Notes: generated by a model from the sequence alone, not told the origin. Positions 18,672 to 27,316 are shown, numbered from the stretch's first letter. The stretch is 64,000 bases of DNA from Candidatus Latescibacterota bacterium (GCA_965217585.1 OZ244561.1:4288001-4352000), one strand, 5' to 3'. Made by a program: numbers and translations.

Positions 18672-20843
18672 TCAGTATGCTACAGCGACGGGCTGCAGGC
18701 GGATCTCACTGCCCTTATCCGTCTCTACTTCCACCCGCGCCAGATAGATGCCAGGGCCGACCAGCTGTCCGGCTCCATCCCGACCGTCCCAGCGGGCCGT
18801 ATGGCGCCCCGCGGCCTGAGCCTCTGGCTGCGCCTGCCATACCCGCCGTCCGTCCAGGGCATAGATGCCGACCTTTACCTCGGACGCCTGCTGCACCCGG
18901 AACAAGGTATACTGGATGGATAACTGGTCGTTGACGCCGTCCCCCTGAGGGGTAAAAGCGCGGCTCCCCACCTCGAGATCCCCCAGAACTCCCCTTGCCG
19001 CGGAGGCCGACGCCACCACCACCAGCTGGTTGGAACCAAGCTCCTCGCTGACATCACCGCCTTCGACCCGCTGCAACAAGCTCTGTTCCCCGCGGTTGAA
19101 GACCTCCCCTCCGAACTCGCCGGCCTCGTCGTAGAGCACCGTTTCCAGCCCAATGCGCAGCCGCTGATCGCCCTCCGGACTCAAGCGGCGGGGCAAAAAT
19201 ACAACAAAACCGCTTTCCTCGTTCACGATGCTGTCCGGTTCCACGGCGCCCAGGGGCTCACCTATCTCCAGCCAGCCGAACTCCGCTTCCGCCGGCGTCA
19301 TGACCCGCACGACGTCGAAGCCGGTGCGATCCGCGCTGGAAAATTCAACGCCAATATCGTATACGAACGACTTTTTCTCGCCCGCCGGCACGCGAACTCG
19401 CCCGCCCTGCGGCTGGTGATTTTCCTCCAGGACCACCTCGCCCACGACCCGATCCGCCAACAGCGGCGCGATCTCGATCTGCAGCGAATCCAGCCGGGCA
19501 AAGTCAAAGAACGCATCCGTCTCTAGCTGCACCCGCAGCTGAAAGTAGCGCCCCCACGGCAGGCGCGGGTGCTGCCCCGACTCCTCGAGTGGCACCGACC
19601 AGAAACTCCAGTTTTTCAGATCCTCGACCACCGGCCCTCGGAATCCCACCGCCGGCACCGTGGCGCCGCGCGCCTCCAGTCTAGATATGGAACTGATCAA
19701 GGTCGCCCTCGGCACGGAGGAAGTCAGCCGTTCCCACTGTTTCTTGGTCACCTCCACGTGGGCTCCCAGATCGTCAAAGCCGAAGTAGGCCGTCGGAGTG
19801 TCGTCGCGACCCGTCCTGATCTCCACCTGGACGCGAACCGGCCCGTCCTCGAGGGCGACCAACTGCTCCCCGTCCTTGCGCCACTTGCTCACCTCGAAGA
19901 CCACTCGCCCGAAGTTGACCTCCCGCCCCAGGTCCACTATCTGCGACTCCCAGGTCGCCGTAGGCGCAAAACCCCGGCCGTAGACCTCCATCTCCGCATA
20001 AGCCGACTGGACGACGATCGGCTGACCGTCCAAAGTGACTCCGTCGGGGACTTCCAGCAGGCGCAAATAGCGCAAATTCTGCAGCGGGAAGCGGACCTCG
20101 GTGACGCTGTCGCGGTTGGCTTGGCGGTAGGCTAGCTGATTTTCCAGCGGGCAGCAGAAGCCCGCCCCGCGCCATCTGAAGCCCCGCTCCATCTCCTCTT
20201 CCATTATACCTCCCTCGTCCTGGCGGGCTGTCAGGCTGAATAATTTGAGGACATAGTTGGGACGAAAGGGCTGGTCGCTGTCGGGGCTCACCCCCTCGGG
20301 AGGGTAGAACACAAAGCGCTCCACCGGCACCTGCGCGCCCATATCTATCGTGTAATAGAAAGACGACCCCAATGGTGGGCGGCTGCGCCGGTCGGCGACC
20401 TCGTCCCTGCGCTCGACGTAGGTGGCGGGATCGCCGTCGACGAAGACGAGGAGGTCGGCCTGGTACAAAATGCCATAATTCCCCAGGTTCTCGTCGCGGC
20501 TCTTCAATAGAAAGTTGCCGTGTCCCAGCCACAAACGCGGATGACCCGGGTGGTAAACCGGGTCGAAGGTGAACCTGAAGGGCTGCCAGGGTCCCAACCG
20601 AGGCAAGAGGTTCTCGTCCGGCTTGAGTTCGAAAGGCTGGAGCGCCCCGGCGGCGGTCGAGTCGTCCGTCATCAGGCTGAAATCCGCTACTTCCGTCCAG
20701 GAAACGCCGCCCTCTCCTCCGAGCCGCCACCAATTTTCTTGGGCCGCCCCATGGCTGCAAAACCCTGCAATCCCACACAGCACGGCAAAGGCCAAAATCG
20801 CCACTTTCGCGTTTATGCGCACCCGAACATCAGGAATCCACAA
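18672..20843 (-). CDS. Secreted protein with C-terminal FlgD Ig-like domain
   Basis: Signal-like N terminus (AAQ-ENWW); C terminus FTPQGDGVND..IYALDGRRV..WDGRDGAGQLVGPGIYL. Start uncertain. Confidence 0.8.
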   Translation of the reverse strand: MWIPDVRVRINAKVAILAFAVLCGIAGFCSHGAAQENWWRLGGEGGVSWTEVADFSLMTDDSTAAGALQPFELKPDENLLPRLGPWQPFRFTFDPVYHPGHPRLWLGHGNFLLKSRDENLGNYGILYQADLLVFVDGDPATYVERRDEVADRRSRPPLGSSFYYTIDMGAQVPVERFVFYPPEGVSPDSDQPFRPNYVLKLFSLTARQDEGGIMEEEMERGFRWRGAGFCCPLENQLAYRQANRDSVTEVRFPLQNLRYLRLLEVPDGVTLDGQPIVVQSAYAEMEVYGRGFAPTATWESQIVDLGREVNFGRVVFEVSKWRKDGEQLVALEDGPVRVQVEIRTGRDDTPTAYFGFDDLGAHVEVTKKQWERLTSSVPRATLISSISRLEARGATVPAVGFRGPVVEDLKNWSFWSVPLEESGQHPRLPWGRYFQLRVQLETDAFFDFARLDSLQIEIAPLLADRVVGEVVLEENHQPQGGRVRVPAGEKKSFVYDIGVEFSSADRTGFDVVRVMTPAEAEFGWLEIGEPLGAVEPDSIVNEESGFVVFLPRRLSPEGDQRLRIGLETVLYDEAGEFGGEVFNRGEQSLLQRVEGGDVSEELGSNQLVVVASASAARGVLGDLEVGSRAFTPQGDGVNDQLSIQYTLFRVQQASEVKVGIYALDGRRVWQAQPEAQAAGRHTARWDGRDGAGQLVGPGIYLARVEVETDKGSEIRLQPVAVAY

Positions 20844-21825
20844 GGCTTTTTAATCCACTTTCCAAGTCATCCAGCCATTGCGGCGTTTTGGGGTGAAAGG
20901 CTCCCAACACTTCCCAGAACCAGCACAAACCGGCACCCATGGTGGCTTGTCTGACTTTAAGGTACGTCTCATCTGGTTCTATCCGCACTCCACCTGCCTC
21001 CGCATACCCCGCCCAAAACTCCTGCGGATAGTGATCGCGACCATAAATTTCTTGAGGTTCTCGGGTAAACTCTGCTGCGACATGCAGTTGTTCATGTAGA
21101 AGGTCGCCAGTCGCTCCATTCTCAAAATCGTGAATGCCGACTATATGGCCATCATCATCAACCAAAAGATTGTGTATAGTTGCATCTCCCCATAGAAGCC
21201 CTTGAGGACTCGGATTCGGCACGACATCAATCTTGTCCAGAAGATCTTCGATAATGGGCAACTTGGCTTGACAATCTTCTGGCAGGTCGGCTACCAAGTC
21301 CTGATTGTAAAGGAGCTTTCTCCGTATGTCTTCTCGCCATTGGGTCATATCCTGCACGGGCAGAAGACCGTCGGATACTCTCTGTTCATTGATGGCAGCG
21401 ACCACTGAGCCAAATTCTTTGAGCAGGCGACACCGCCGATCATCGCTAGTACTGGGCATCTCGAAAAAGTCTCGTCCTTGAGTACCGGGGAGCAGACTAG
21501 AAATCAGATAAGGATATCCGAACGCATCGGTGTCCTCGCATAATACACTGATCTCCGGGACGGGCAGAGTGGTTGTATCGCGTAACAATGCGGTAATATT
21601 GAAATCGACCGCTAGCGAGAAGGCTTTTCGATACTTGATCTTGATCACATAGCTGCCGTCGCAACACACTGCCTTGTAGACACAGTTGGTTGGATTTGCT
21701 TCAAGTTCAGTCCATTCGATAACCGAGCCTAGCCCCTGTCTAGCAAAAGCCACTGCTCCCTGCTCAGCAGTAAAGGTCGGCTTTGCCTTGGAGGCTTCTA
21801 TAAATGCTTGCTTGCTGATCGCCAA
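20830..21825 (-). CDS. Aminoglycoside phosphotransferase/choline kinase-like protein (cassette)
   Basis: YVIKIK, Brenner-like LLWGDATIHNLLV, GIHDFE. Confidence 0.75.
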   Translation of the reverse strand: MAISKQAFIEASKAKPTFTAEQGAVAFARQGLGSVIEWTELEANPTNCVYKAVCCDGSYVIKIKYRKAFSLAVDFNITALLRDTTTLPVPEISVLCEDTDAFGYPYLISSLLPGTQGRDFFEMPSTSDDRRCRLLKEFGSVVAAINEQRVSDGLLPVQDMTQWREDIRRKLLYNQDLVADLPEDCQAKLPIIEDLLDKIDVVPNPSPQGLLWGDATIHNLLVDDDGHIVGIHDFENGATGDLLHEQLHVAAEFTREPQEIYGRDHYPQEFWAGYAEAGGVRIEPDETYLKVRQATMGAGLCWFWEVLGAFHPKTPQWLDDLESGLKSLVDS

Positions 21826-21892
21826 ATCTACGCTCTGATATACTGTAACTTTCTTGATGTGCTAACTGATGTGCGCAAGGATCTCATTTTTC

Positions 21893-21980
21893 GCGTAACG
21901 TTCCCGGCACCCACGAACCTGCCGAAGGCGGGTTGGGCGGAGGGCCGTATGGCCCGAAGCCGTGGGTGCTCGTGTTACAC
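21893..21980 (-). repeat. attC-like site G (88 bp)
   Basis: GCGTAAC-gttcccg-GCACCCACG-AACCTGCC-gaa-GGCGGGTT..GGGCC-gtat-GGCCC..CGTGGGTGC-tcgt-GTTACAC; the sulfotransferase TAA lies in the core. Confidence 0.85.
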
Positions 21981-22718
21981 GCTGACCGTGGTCCGACTCG
22001 GGCTTCCTTGATCTTTAGATGTCAGAGATTCCTCAAACCTACTCAGGCCTTCTTTGAACGTAGGACCGTAGGCCTCTTTCTTCTGTTCCAGACAGTCCGC
22101 GGCTTCCCGATACCTGGTATAGTCATCCTCGTTCAGAGCTCTGAACCCCTGGATTATCCTGTCCTCCAGGTTTGGCATTTGGTATTCTCCTTCGTTTTTC
22201 GGACAGAAGGGAATCCACGACCACTGAAACTGCCAATACATCAGAAAGACAGATTCATTGAATCTGTCCGTCAGACCAACGAAGTCGAACTCGCGGACAC
22301 CGCGTCCACCTCTCTTGAGCCACTTTGTGAAGCGATTATGATTATATCCGGGAGGATTCGGCCACTGGAACTCCTGATCGTGAGTCAACCATTCCGCGAG
22401 GCCTTTGTCATCGAAATGAGGTTCAGAACTATCGGCGGACCTTTTTCGAGTGTGGTGATACATCGAAATCGCCGACTCAAGTGGGTCCCTCAGAAAGGTC
22501 AGCCAAATGCAGTTCTCGTAAGATGTAATAAGACCAGTGAAGCGGTCAAGAACGCTGTGACCGTGAAGGCAGACTGGATTCTCTACGATAGGATCTTCCG
22601 GATGGTCATCATAAGTTCTCTGAAGCCGGGACCCAAACCGTGCCTCTAGAATTGAGGCCAGAGTGCTCCCACCCGTCTTTGGAATGTGTATGCTCACATA
22701 GAGCGGTTCTTTCGGCAC
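21975..22718 (-). CDS. Sulfotransferase family 2 protein (cassette)
   Basis: 5'-PSB motif IHIPKTGGST, 3'-PB motif TFLRDPLESAISMY, FDFVGLTD, LNEDD..Y. Confidence 0.85.
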   Translation of the reverse strand: MPKEPLYVSIHIPKTGGSTLASILEARFGSRLQRTYDDHPEDPIVENPVCLHGHSVLDRFTGLITSYENCIWLTFLRDPLESAISMYHHTRKRSADSSEPHFDDKGLAEWLTHDQEFQWPNPPGYNHNRFTKWLKRGGRGVREFDFVGLTDRFNESVFLMYWQFQWSWIPFCPKNEGEYQMPNLEDRIIQGFRALNEDDYTRYREAADCLEQKKEAYGPTFKEGLSRFEESLTSKDQGSPSRTTVSV

Positions 22719-22787
22719 GGAGAGTCCCCTATGGGTTGGTGCTCAATAAACCGGTGGCCGGGACCCGTAGTTCAGACCACGGTTTGC

Positions 22788-22881
22788 GTGTAACGGCCTC
22801 ACCATTTACGACCCCGCGCATGCGGGGTGGGCGGTAGCCCCAAGCGCCATATGGCGCGCAGCGTAAATGGATGTGTTAGAT
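22788..22881 (-). repeat. attC-like site H (94 bp)
   Basis: GTGTAAC-ggcctca-CCATTTACG-ACCCCGC-gcat-GCGGGGT-GGGC-ggta-GCCC-caa-GCGCC-atat-GGCGC-gcag-CGTAAATGG-atgt-GTTAGAT. Confidence 0.85.
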
Positions 22882-23211
22882 GAAGTGAGCTCTTCATATA
22901 TGATATTACAAATGGGGCCGGTCAGCTCGATACGTTACCTGATGCCGGATTGCGCTGTCGGTCAACGCGCCGAGGGGAGGCATATCCAAAAAGAAGAAAA
23001 CGACCATTCGAGGCGCGATACTATGGGGTAACAGGCAGTGACAGTGTGCCCCAATTGCTTCCCGTCACTCGTCGATCCGATGTCGAAGTTCCTTGACGCG
23101 CGTGTCTTGCCGACCGCCGAAATAGAGTTCACTCTCTCATACGGGCCGTCAACCAGGTTGTAGAGCCCGTGCTCGCTGGCTCGGCGTCCATCCAGAACCC
23201 CGTCGAAATTC

Positions 23212-24657
23212 TCACTCGCAGAACTGAAATGCGTAGAGCTTCGCGTCGCGCATGATGAAGCGTATCCTGACCGGTTGGCCGGCGAGTTGGCGAAGGTCGC
23301 CAGCGGGCCACGAAACGGGCAGCCTGACGGAATTGCCGACGTGCCATATTGAATCTGCGCCACTATACCCCTCAAGCGGACTTCCGTCTTCGGCGAGTAG
23401 TTCAACGCGCACGCTGCCTCCGGCGGCTGTGTCGACATTGAGTTTGAGGCGCGATCCGTCGAATATCAGCGCCGGTGTGGTGAACTTGCCCCCTTCGTAA
23501 GGGGCGTCGAGCGAAACAAAGCCGTCCAGGCGCATGACCGCCCGCCCGATGCCGCCGATGTGCTCGCCGTTGGCTGCATCGGTGCGACCCGCCCGGTCGT
23601 AGTTGATGCCGGCATAGTAAAACCAGATTTCGTCGCCCATCACAATCGGGTTGGGCAGGGCCCAAATCTGGCGCGAATCGAAACGACCATCGGGACCCGG
23701 GCGCATAAAGGCCTGGCGCTGGCCGCAGCGCACAAAGGTTTTGGTGTCGCGACTGAAGGCCAAACGCACGTCGCGCGTACCCGGCGCTCTCGCGGCGCCC
23801 TTGCCCGTCGGAATCCAGTGCCAGAACGCCTGCGCCAGCATGATGGTGATATCCGGGGCTTCTGAGTAGCGGAAGACGGTGGCGCCATAGAAGTCCACTG
23901 GCGGATCGTCGGATTCTGTTGGGTACAAGCCGCGATCCAGTTCGTCGGGCCACATGGCCAGGCCGGTATTTTCAATGTCCTTCAGGTCGGTCATTTCGGC
24001 GCGTCGCACGCTGCGAAAGCGGGCGTCGATCTCGGCCGTCGGCGTTTCGTCACTGCGCAGTTTGTGGCGGCCAAAAAACAGATAGCGCTGCAATGGCTCA
24101 TCCCAATAGACTATCGTCTGCGTATCCTTGGCGCCCTTCGGATCGATCTCGGCCCAGAGGGACCAGTGTATCCCGTCCGGCGAACTGAACATGTGAAACT
24201 TGCCGGACGGGTAGACCTTGGCCTGCGTCTTGTAGCGCTGCTCTTCCGGCGCCTGCGGATCAATCCATACCGAGGCGCCGCCGATGACGCCCGGCAAAAC
24301 GACGTTATTGTCCTGCGAGCCCCGCTTCTCGTGCAGACCCAGATGCGGCTTGACGAAGTGAATGCCGTCCTGCGATTCGGCATAACACACGCAGCGCTCG
24401 TGGTCGAAGGGGCCATCGCCCGTGGAGGTCAACAGATCATACCAGAGGCGCACGCGGCCATCGGCCTCCTTGAGGATACTGGACAACAAGTAGACCTCTC
24501 CGCCCACCTCCCATTCCCTGTCCGCCGTTAGCAATAATTCGCCGGTCGGGTACGGAGCATTCATGGTCAAGGCCACATTGTGCTTGCGCTCGACGAGCAT
24601 TTCATCGACAAACAGTTGTTTGCGCGATCCGATGCGAATAGTGGATGTAGTTTTCAT
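23212..24657 (-). CDS. Hypothetical glycoside-hydrolase-like beta-propeller protein
   Basis: Asp-box-like ESQDGIHF, SPDGIHW; C terminus MRLDGFVSL..RIRFIMRDAKLYAFQF. Confidence 0.65.
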   Translation of the reverse strand: MKTTSTIRIGSRKQLFVDEMLVERKHNVALTMNAPYPTGELLLTADREWEVGGEVYLLSSILKEADGRVRLWYDLLTSTGDGPFDHERCVCYAESQDGIHFVKPHLGLHEKRGSQDNNVVLPGVIGGASVWIDPQAPEEQRYKTQAKVYPSGKFHMFSSPDGIHWSLWAEIDPKGAKDTQTIVYWDEPLQRYLFFGRHKLRSDETPTAEIDARFRSVRRAEMTDLKDIENTGLAMWPDELDRGLYPTESDDPPVDFYGATVFRYSEAPDITIMLAQAFWHWIPTGKGAARAPGTRDVRLAFSRDTKTFVRCGQRQAFMRPGPDGRFDSRQIWALPNPIVMGDEIWFYYAGINYDRAGRTDAANGEHIGGIGRAVMRLDGFVSLDAPYEGGKFTTPALIFDGSRLKLNVDTAAGGSVRVELLAEDGSPLEGYSGADSIWHVGNSVRLPVSWPAGDLRQLAGQPVRIRFIMRDAKLYAFQFCE

Positions 24658-24672
24658 CTCCTGAACTCCGTC

Positions 24673-26091
24673 CTAGGCCCTGAGCCACGCCTCCGTCATT
24701 TCCCGTTCCACATCGCTCCACCCGGGCAGAATCCCGGCCATGGCTTCTTCGTACGCCGTAGGCCCGATCTCCTCCCGCCACGCGGAGAAGGACGCTTTGT
24801 CATAGGCCTTCGCCCTGGCATCGATCGCTTCGTAGTCGACGATTTCCCGCAGTTTGCGATCCATCTCCCCAGCGAGCTCGGGCCGCTTTGTCGCAAGATC
24901 CTCGACCTCCTCCGGATCTTCTGCGAGATTGAACAACTGCAGGGCGTATCCGGCGTAGGCGACGTACTTCAAATCGCCCTGTCGCAACATAAATTCGCCG
25001 GTGTTGGCGAATCGGCTGTGGTACTGGCACAGCACTCGGTCCGGTCGATCCGCCCGTTTGCCGACTAGTTCGGGCATCAGCGACACGCCGTCCAGGTCAT
25101 CCGGCGTATCGAGTTCGGCCATGTCCATAAACGTCGGATAAAGGTCTACCAAGGACACCAGCGCATCGACCTCGTGCCCCGCGCGTACATCCGGGCCGGC
25201 GACGATCAGCGGCACGCGAGCGGACGCCTCGTACATCGCGTTTTTCAGATGTTGGCGATGTTCCATATTCATCTCGCCGTGATCGCTGGCGAACAGTACA
25301 TAGGTGCTGTCCATTAGCCCGAGCCGATCGACCGTGGCCATCACCTCACCTACCATCTCGTCGACTTCCGTCACCATCGCGAAATACGTGCGCCGCACCG
25401 TGCGAATTTCGTCTTCGGTGAACGGATCGGCGCAGCCCTTGGTCGCGCACATGTAGTCCACCACGGGATGCAGATGGGCCTCATACGGTGGAATGGTCAC
25501 TGCGTCGGGGTCAATTCTGTCGAGATAGTATTGCGAGGAGACGAAAGCGGGGTGCGGACAATCCAAACTGCAGTGCAGGATGAAGGGTCGGTCGTCCGCC
25601 TGGCGCGTCTCCAGGTAGGCGATGGTGTCCTCGACCTTAGCCCAGTCGCGCTGGTGTACGCGACGCTCATCCGTTGCGATGTGCTTCAGGCCCGGAAGCG
25701 GTCCGGTGCTGCGCGATAGCCGGATGTTGGCCGCGCGGGTCCAGGACGATATTCGATTGTGCAGTGAATGGCGGCCTGACAGGTAATCCGTCTTGCCGTA
25801 GGCCTGGTGGATATAGCCCGCGTCCTCCAGGTCGGAGACATAGGTTCGCTCGTCCGGCTCGAGCCCCTTATAATTGTTCCATCCTTCGATGACGTGGGTG
25901 TGCTTGCCGCTCCAGCGACTGGAGCGCGACGGGCAACACTGGGGAGAGCTGCAATAGGTGTTGCGGAACAGAGCGCCGCGCTCCGCCAGATGGTCCAGGT
26001 GCGGCGTCTTCACCGCCGGATGGCCGACGCACCCCATCGCGCGCCCGTCCATGCTGTCGCACTCGATGAACAGGATGTTCCGCTTGCTCAT
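24673..26091 (-). CDS. Sulfatase (Cys-type FGly; choline-sulfatase/ARSK-like)
   Basis: CCPSRSS (CxPxR), ASDHGE, MYEASARVPLI, LFNLAEDPEE. Confidence 0.92.
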   Translation of the reverse strand: MSKRNILFIECDSMDGRAMGCVGHPAVKTPHLDHLAERGALFRNTYCSSPQCCPSRSSRWSGKHTHVIEGWNNYKGLEPDERTYVSDLEDAGYIHQAYGKTDYLSGRHSLHNRISSWTRAANIRLSRSTGPLPGLKHIATDERRVHQRDWAKVEDTIAYLETRQADDRPFILHCSLDCPHPAFVSSQYYLDRIDPDAVTIPPYEAHLHPVVDYMCATKGCADPFTEDEIRTVRRTYFAMVTEVDEMVGEVMATVDRLGLMDSTYVLFASDHGEMNMEHRQHLKNAMYEASARVPLIVAGPDVRAGHEVDALVSLVDLYPTFMDMAELDTPDDLDGVSLMPELVGKRADRPDRVLCQYHSRFANTGEFMLRQGDLKYVAYAGYALQLFNLAEDPEEVEDLATKRPELAGEMDRKLREIVDYEAIDARAKAYDKASFSAWREEIGPTAYEEAMAGILPGWSDVEREMTEAWLRA

Positions 26092-27143
26092 GGCGTCGTC
26101 GGTGCGTCCTCGCTCGGATCCCAGATGGTCGCCGCGATGTGCTGCTGGGGATGCTCGGCGCTATTGAAGTAGTAGATCGTCACGAGCTTACCGTCCGGTC
26201 TTACGACCATGCGCGGATAACCCATGTCTCCGTACTGCGCCCCGTCACGGATCGCGATCTCTTCACCCCACTGGGTCCCGTCAGGGGACGTGAATCGGGC
26301 GCGTATCCCGCTCTGTTTGCCTGCCCGGTAGCCGTAGGCGCACACGAGGCGTCCGTCGGCGAGGCGGACCAAAGCCGGCGGATTGCCGTTGGAGGGGAGG
26401 TCGGGCGGGTGGGTGGCGGCGACCTTGCCCAAGAAGCGCCAGGAGACGCCGCCATCGACCGATTCGGCCGAGTCGATCCAGCTATTCTTGACGAATTCTC
26501 CATCGACCTCCAGGTCCCGGCGGCGGCGCATGGCGCTGACGAGGTGCCCCTCGCCGACGCGCACCGTCGAGGGCATGACCGAACGCGTATCGGGCGGCTC
26601 GGGAAGCATCCAGGCGACGAAGGAGAAGCTCTTGCCGCCGTCGTTCGTGCGGGCGCAGAACGCCCTATCCCGGAGCCCCGCCATCACCTGTGGGGCCCGC
26701 ACCGACAGGAAGAACAGGCACTCGTTCTCGCCGAGGACGAGATAGTCGGTGCGGGATGTGAGCTGCTCGGAGAAGCCGAAATCCGGGAAAAGGTACGGCC
26801 CCCGCCAGGAGCGACAGCGATCGTAGGAGACGAGGAGGCGGTTGGCAGAGCAGCGGATCGCCAGATTGGGGTGGGTGAAGTCGATCGCCTCGGCCGGAAT
26901 CGGTTCCGCCGCCATATTATAGCTGGCCGCTTCTTCCCGCTGCCAACTCTCGCCCCCGTCGCGGCTGCGCGAAAGGGCTGGGAAGGATGGTTGCTCACCA
27001 CTGATTCGGTGGCCCTGTTCCTTGAACTCGTAGGCACCGTTCGTATAGCCAACGACGATCTCGTCCGCCCAGCTCCATACCCCATCGTTGGCCGGCCAGC
27101 CCAGGAATCGGCCTTCCTCTCTGGCTACGATAATATGCTTCAT
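26088..27143 (-). CDS. BNR/Asp-box (sialidase-like) protein
   Basis: SRDGGESW, SYDRCRSW, TNDGGKSF, SVDGGVSW, SPDGTQW; DMGYP. Confidence 0.8.
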   Translation of the reverse strand: MKHIIVAREEGRFLGWPANDGVWSWADEIVVGYTNGAYEFKEQGHRISGEQPSFPALSRSRDGGESWQREEAASYNMAAEPIPAEAIDFTHPNLAIRCSANRLLVSYDRCRSWRGPYLFPDFGFSEQLTSRTDYLVLGENECLFFLSVRAPQVMAGLRDRAFCARTNDGGKSFSFVAWMLPEPPDTRSVMPSTVRVGEGHLVSAMRRRRDLEVDGEFVKNSWIDSAESVDGGVSWRFLGKVAATHPPDLPSNGNPPALVRLADGRLVCAYGYRAGKQSGIRARFTSPDGTQWGEEIAIRDGAQYGDMGYPRMVVRPDGKLVTIYYFNSAEHPQQHIAATIWDPSEDAPTTP

Positions 27144-27180
27144 GAGACGACCTTCATGATGGCGTACGGGGATAAGAAGA

Positions 27181-27204
27181 AAGCCCCTGAAAAATCAGGG
27201 GCTT
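27181..27204 (-). terminator. Terminator downstream of tRNA-Val
   Basis: Perfect hairpin AAGCCCCTGA-AAAA-TCAGGGGCTT. Confidence 0.75.
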
Positions 27205-27210
27205 AGAAGA

Positions 27211-27287
27211 TGGTGGGCGATCGCAGACTTGAACTGCGGACCTCCTGCATGTCAAGCAGGCGCTCTAGCCAGCTGAGCTAATCGCCC
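27211..27287 (-). tRNA. tRNA-Val(GAC)
   Basis: GGGCGATTAGCTCAGCTGGCTAGAGCGCCTGCTTGACATGCAGGAGGTCCGCAGTTCAAGTCTGCGATCGCCCACCA; cloverleaf, anticodon GAC, encoded CCA. Confidence 0.97.
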
Positions 27288-27316
27288 TCGTGTTGCCTAA
27301 TTGCAGACGGGCCAAT

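Larger units (their letters stand above)
14281..22881 (-). mobile_element. Integrase-less gene-cassette array (CALIN-like) with atypical attC-like sites
   Basis: Co-oriented short genes separated by a family of TAAC..GTTA palindromic sites; no tyrosine recombinase in the window. Confidence 0.75.

Noticed and set aside
15285-22881. Repeats read as a CRISPR array or simple terminators
   Set aside because: Units vary in length and sequence, are separated by whole genes, and have no U tracts; there are no cas genes.
27211-27287. tRNA-Val as attachment site of an integrated element
   Set aside because: No integrase and no duplicated tRNA 3' end seen in the window.
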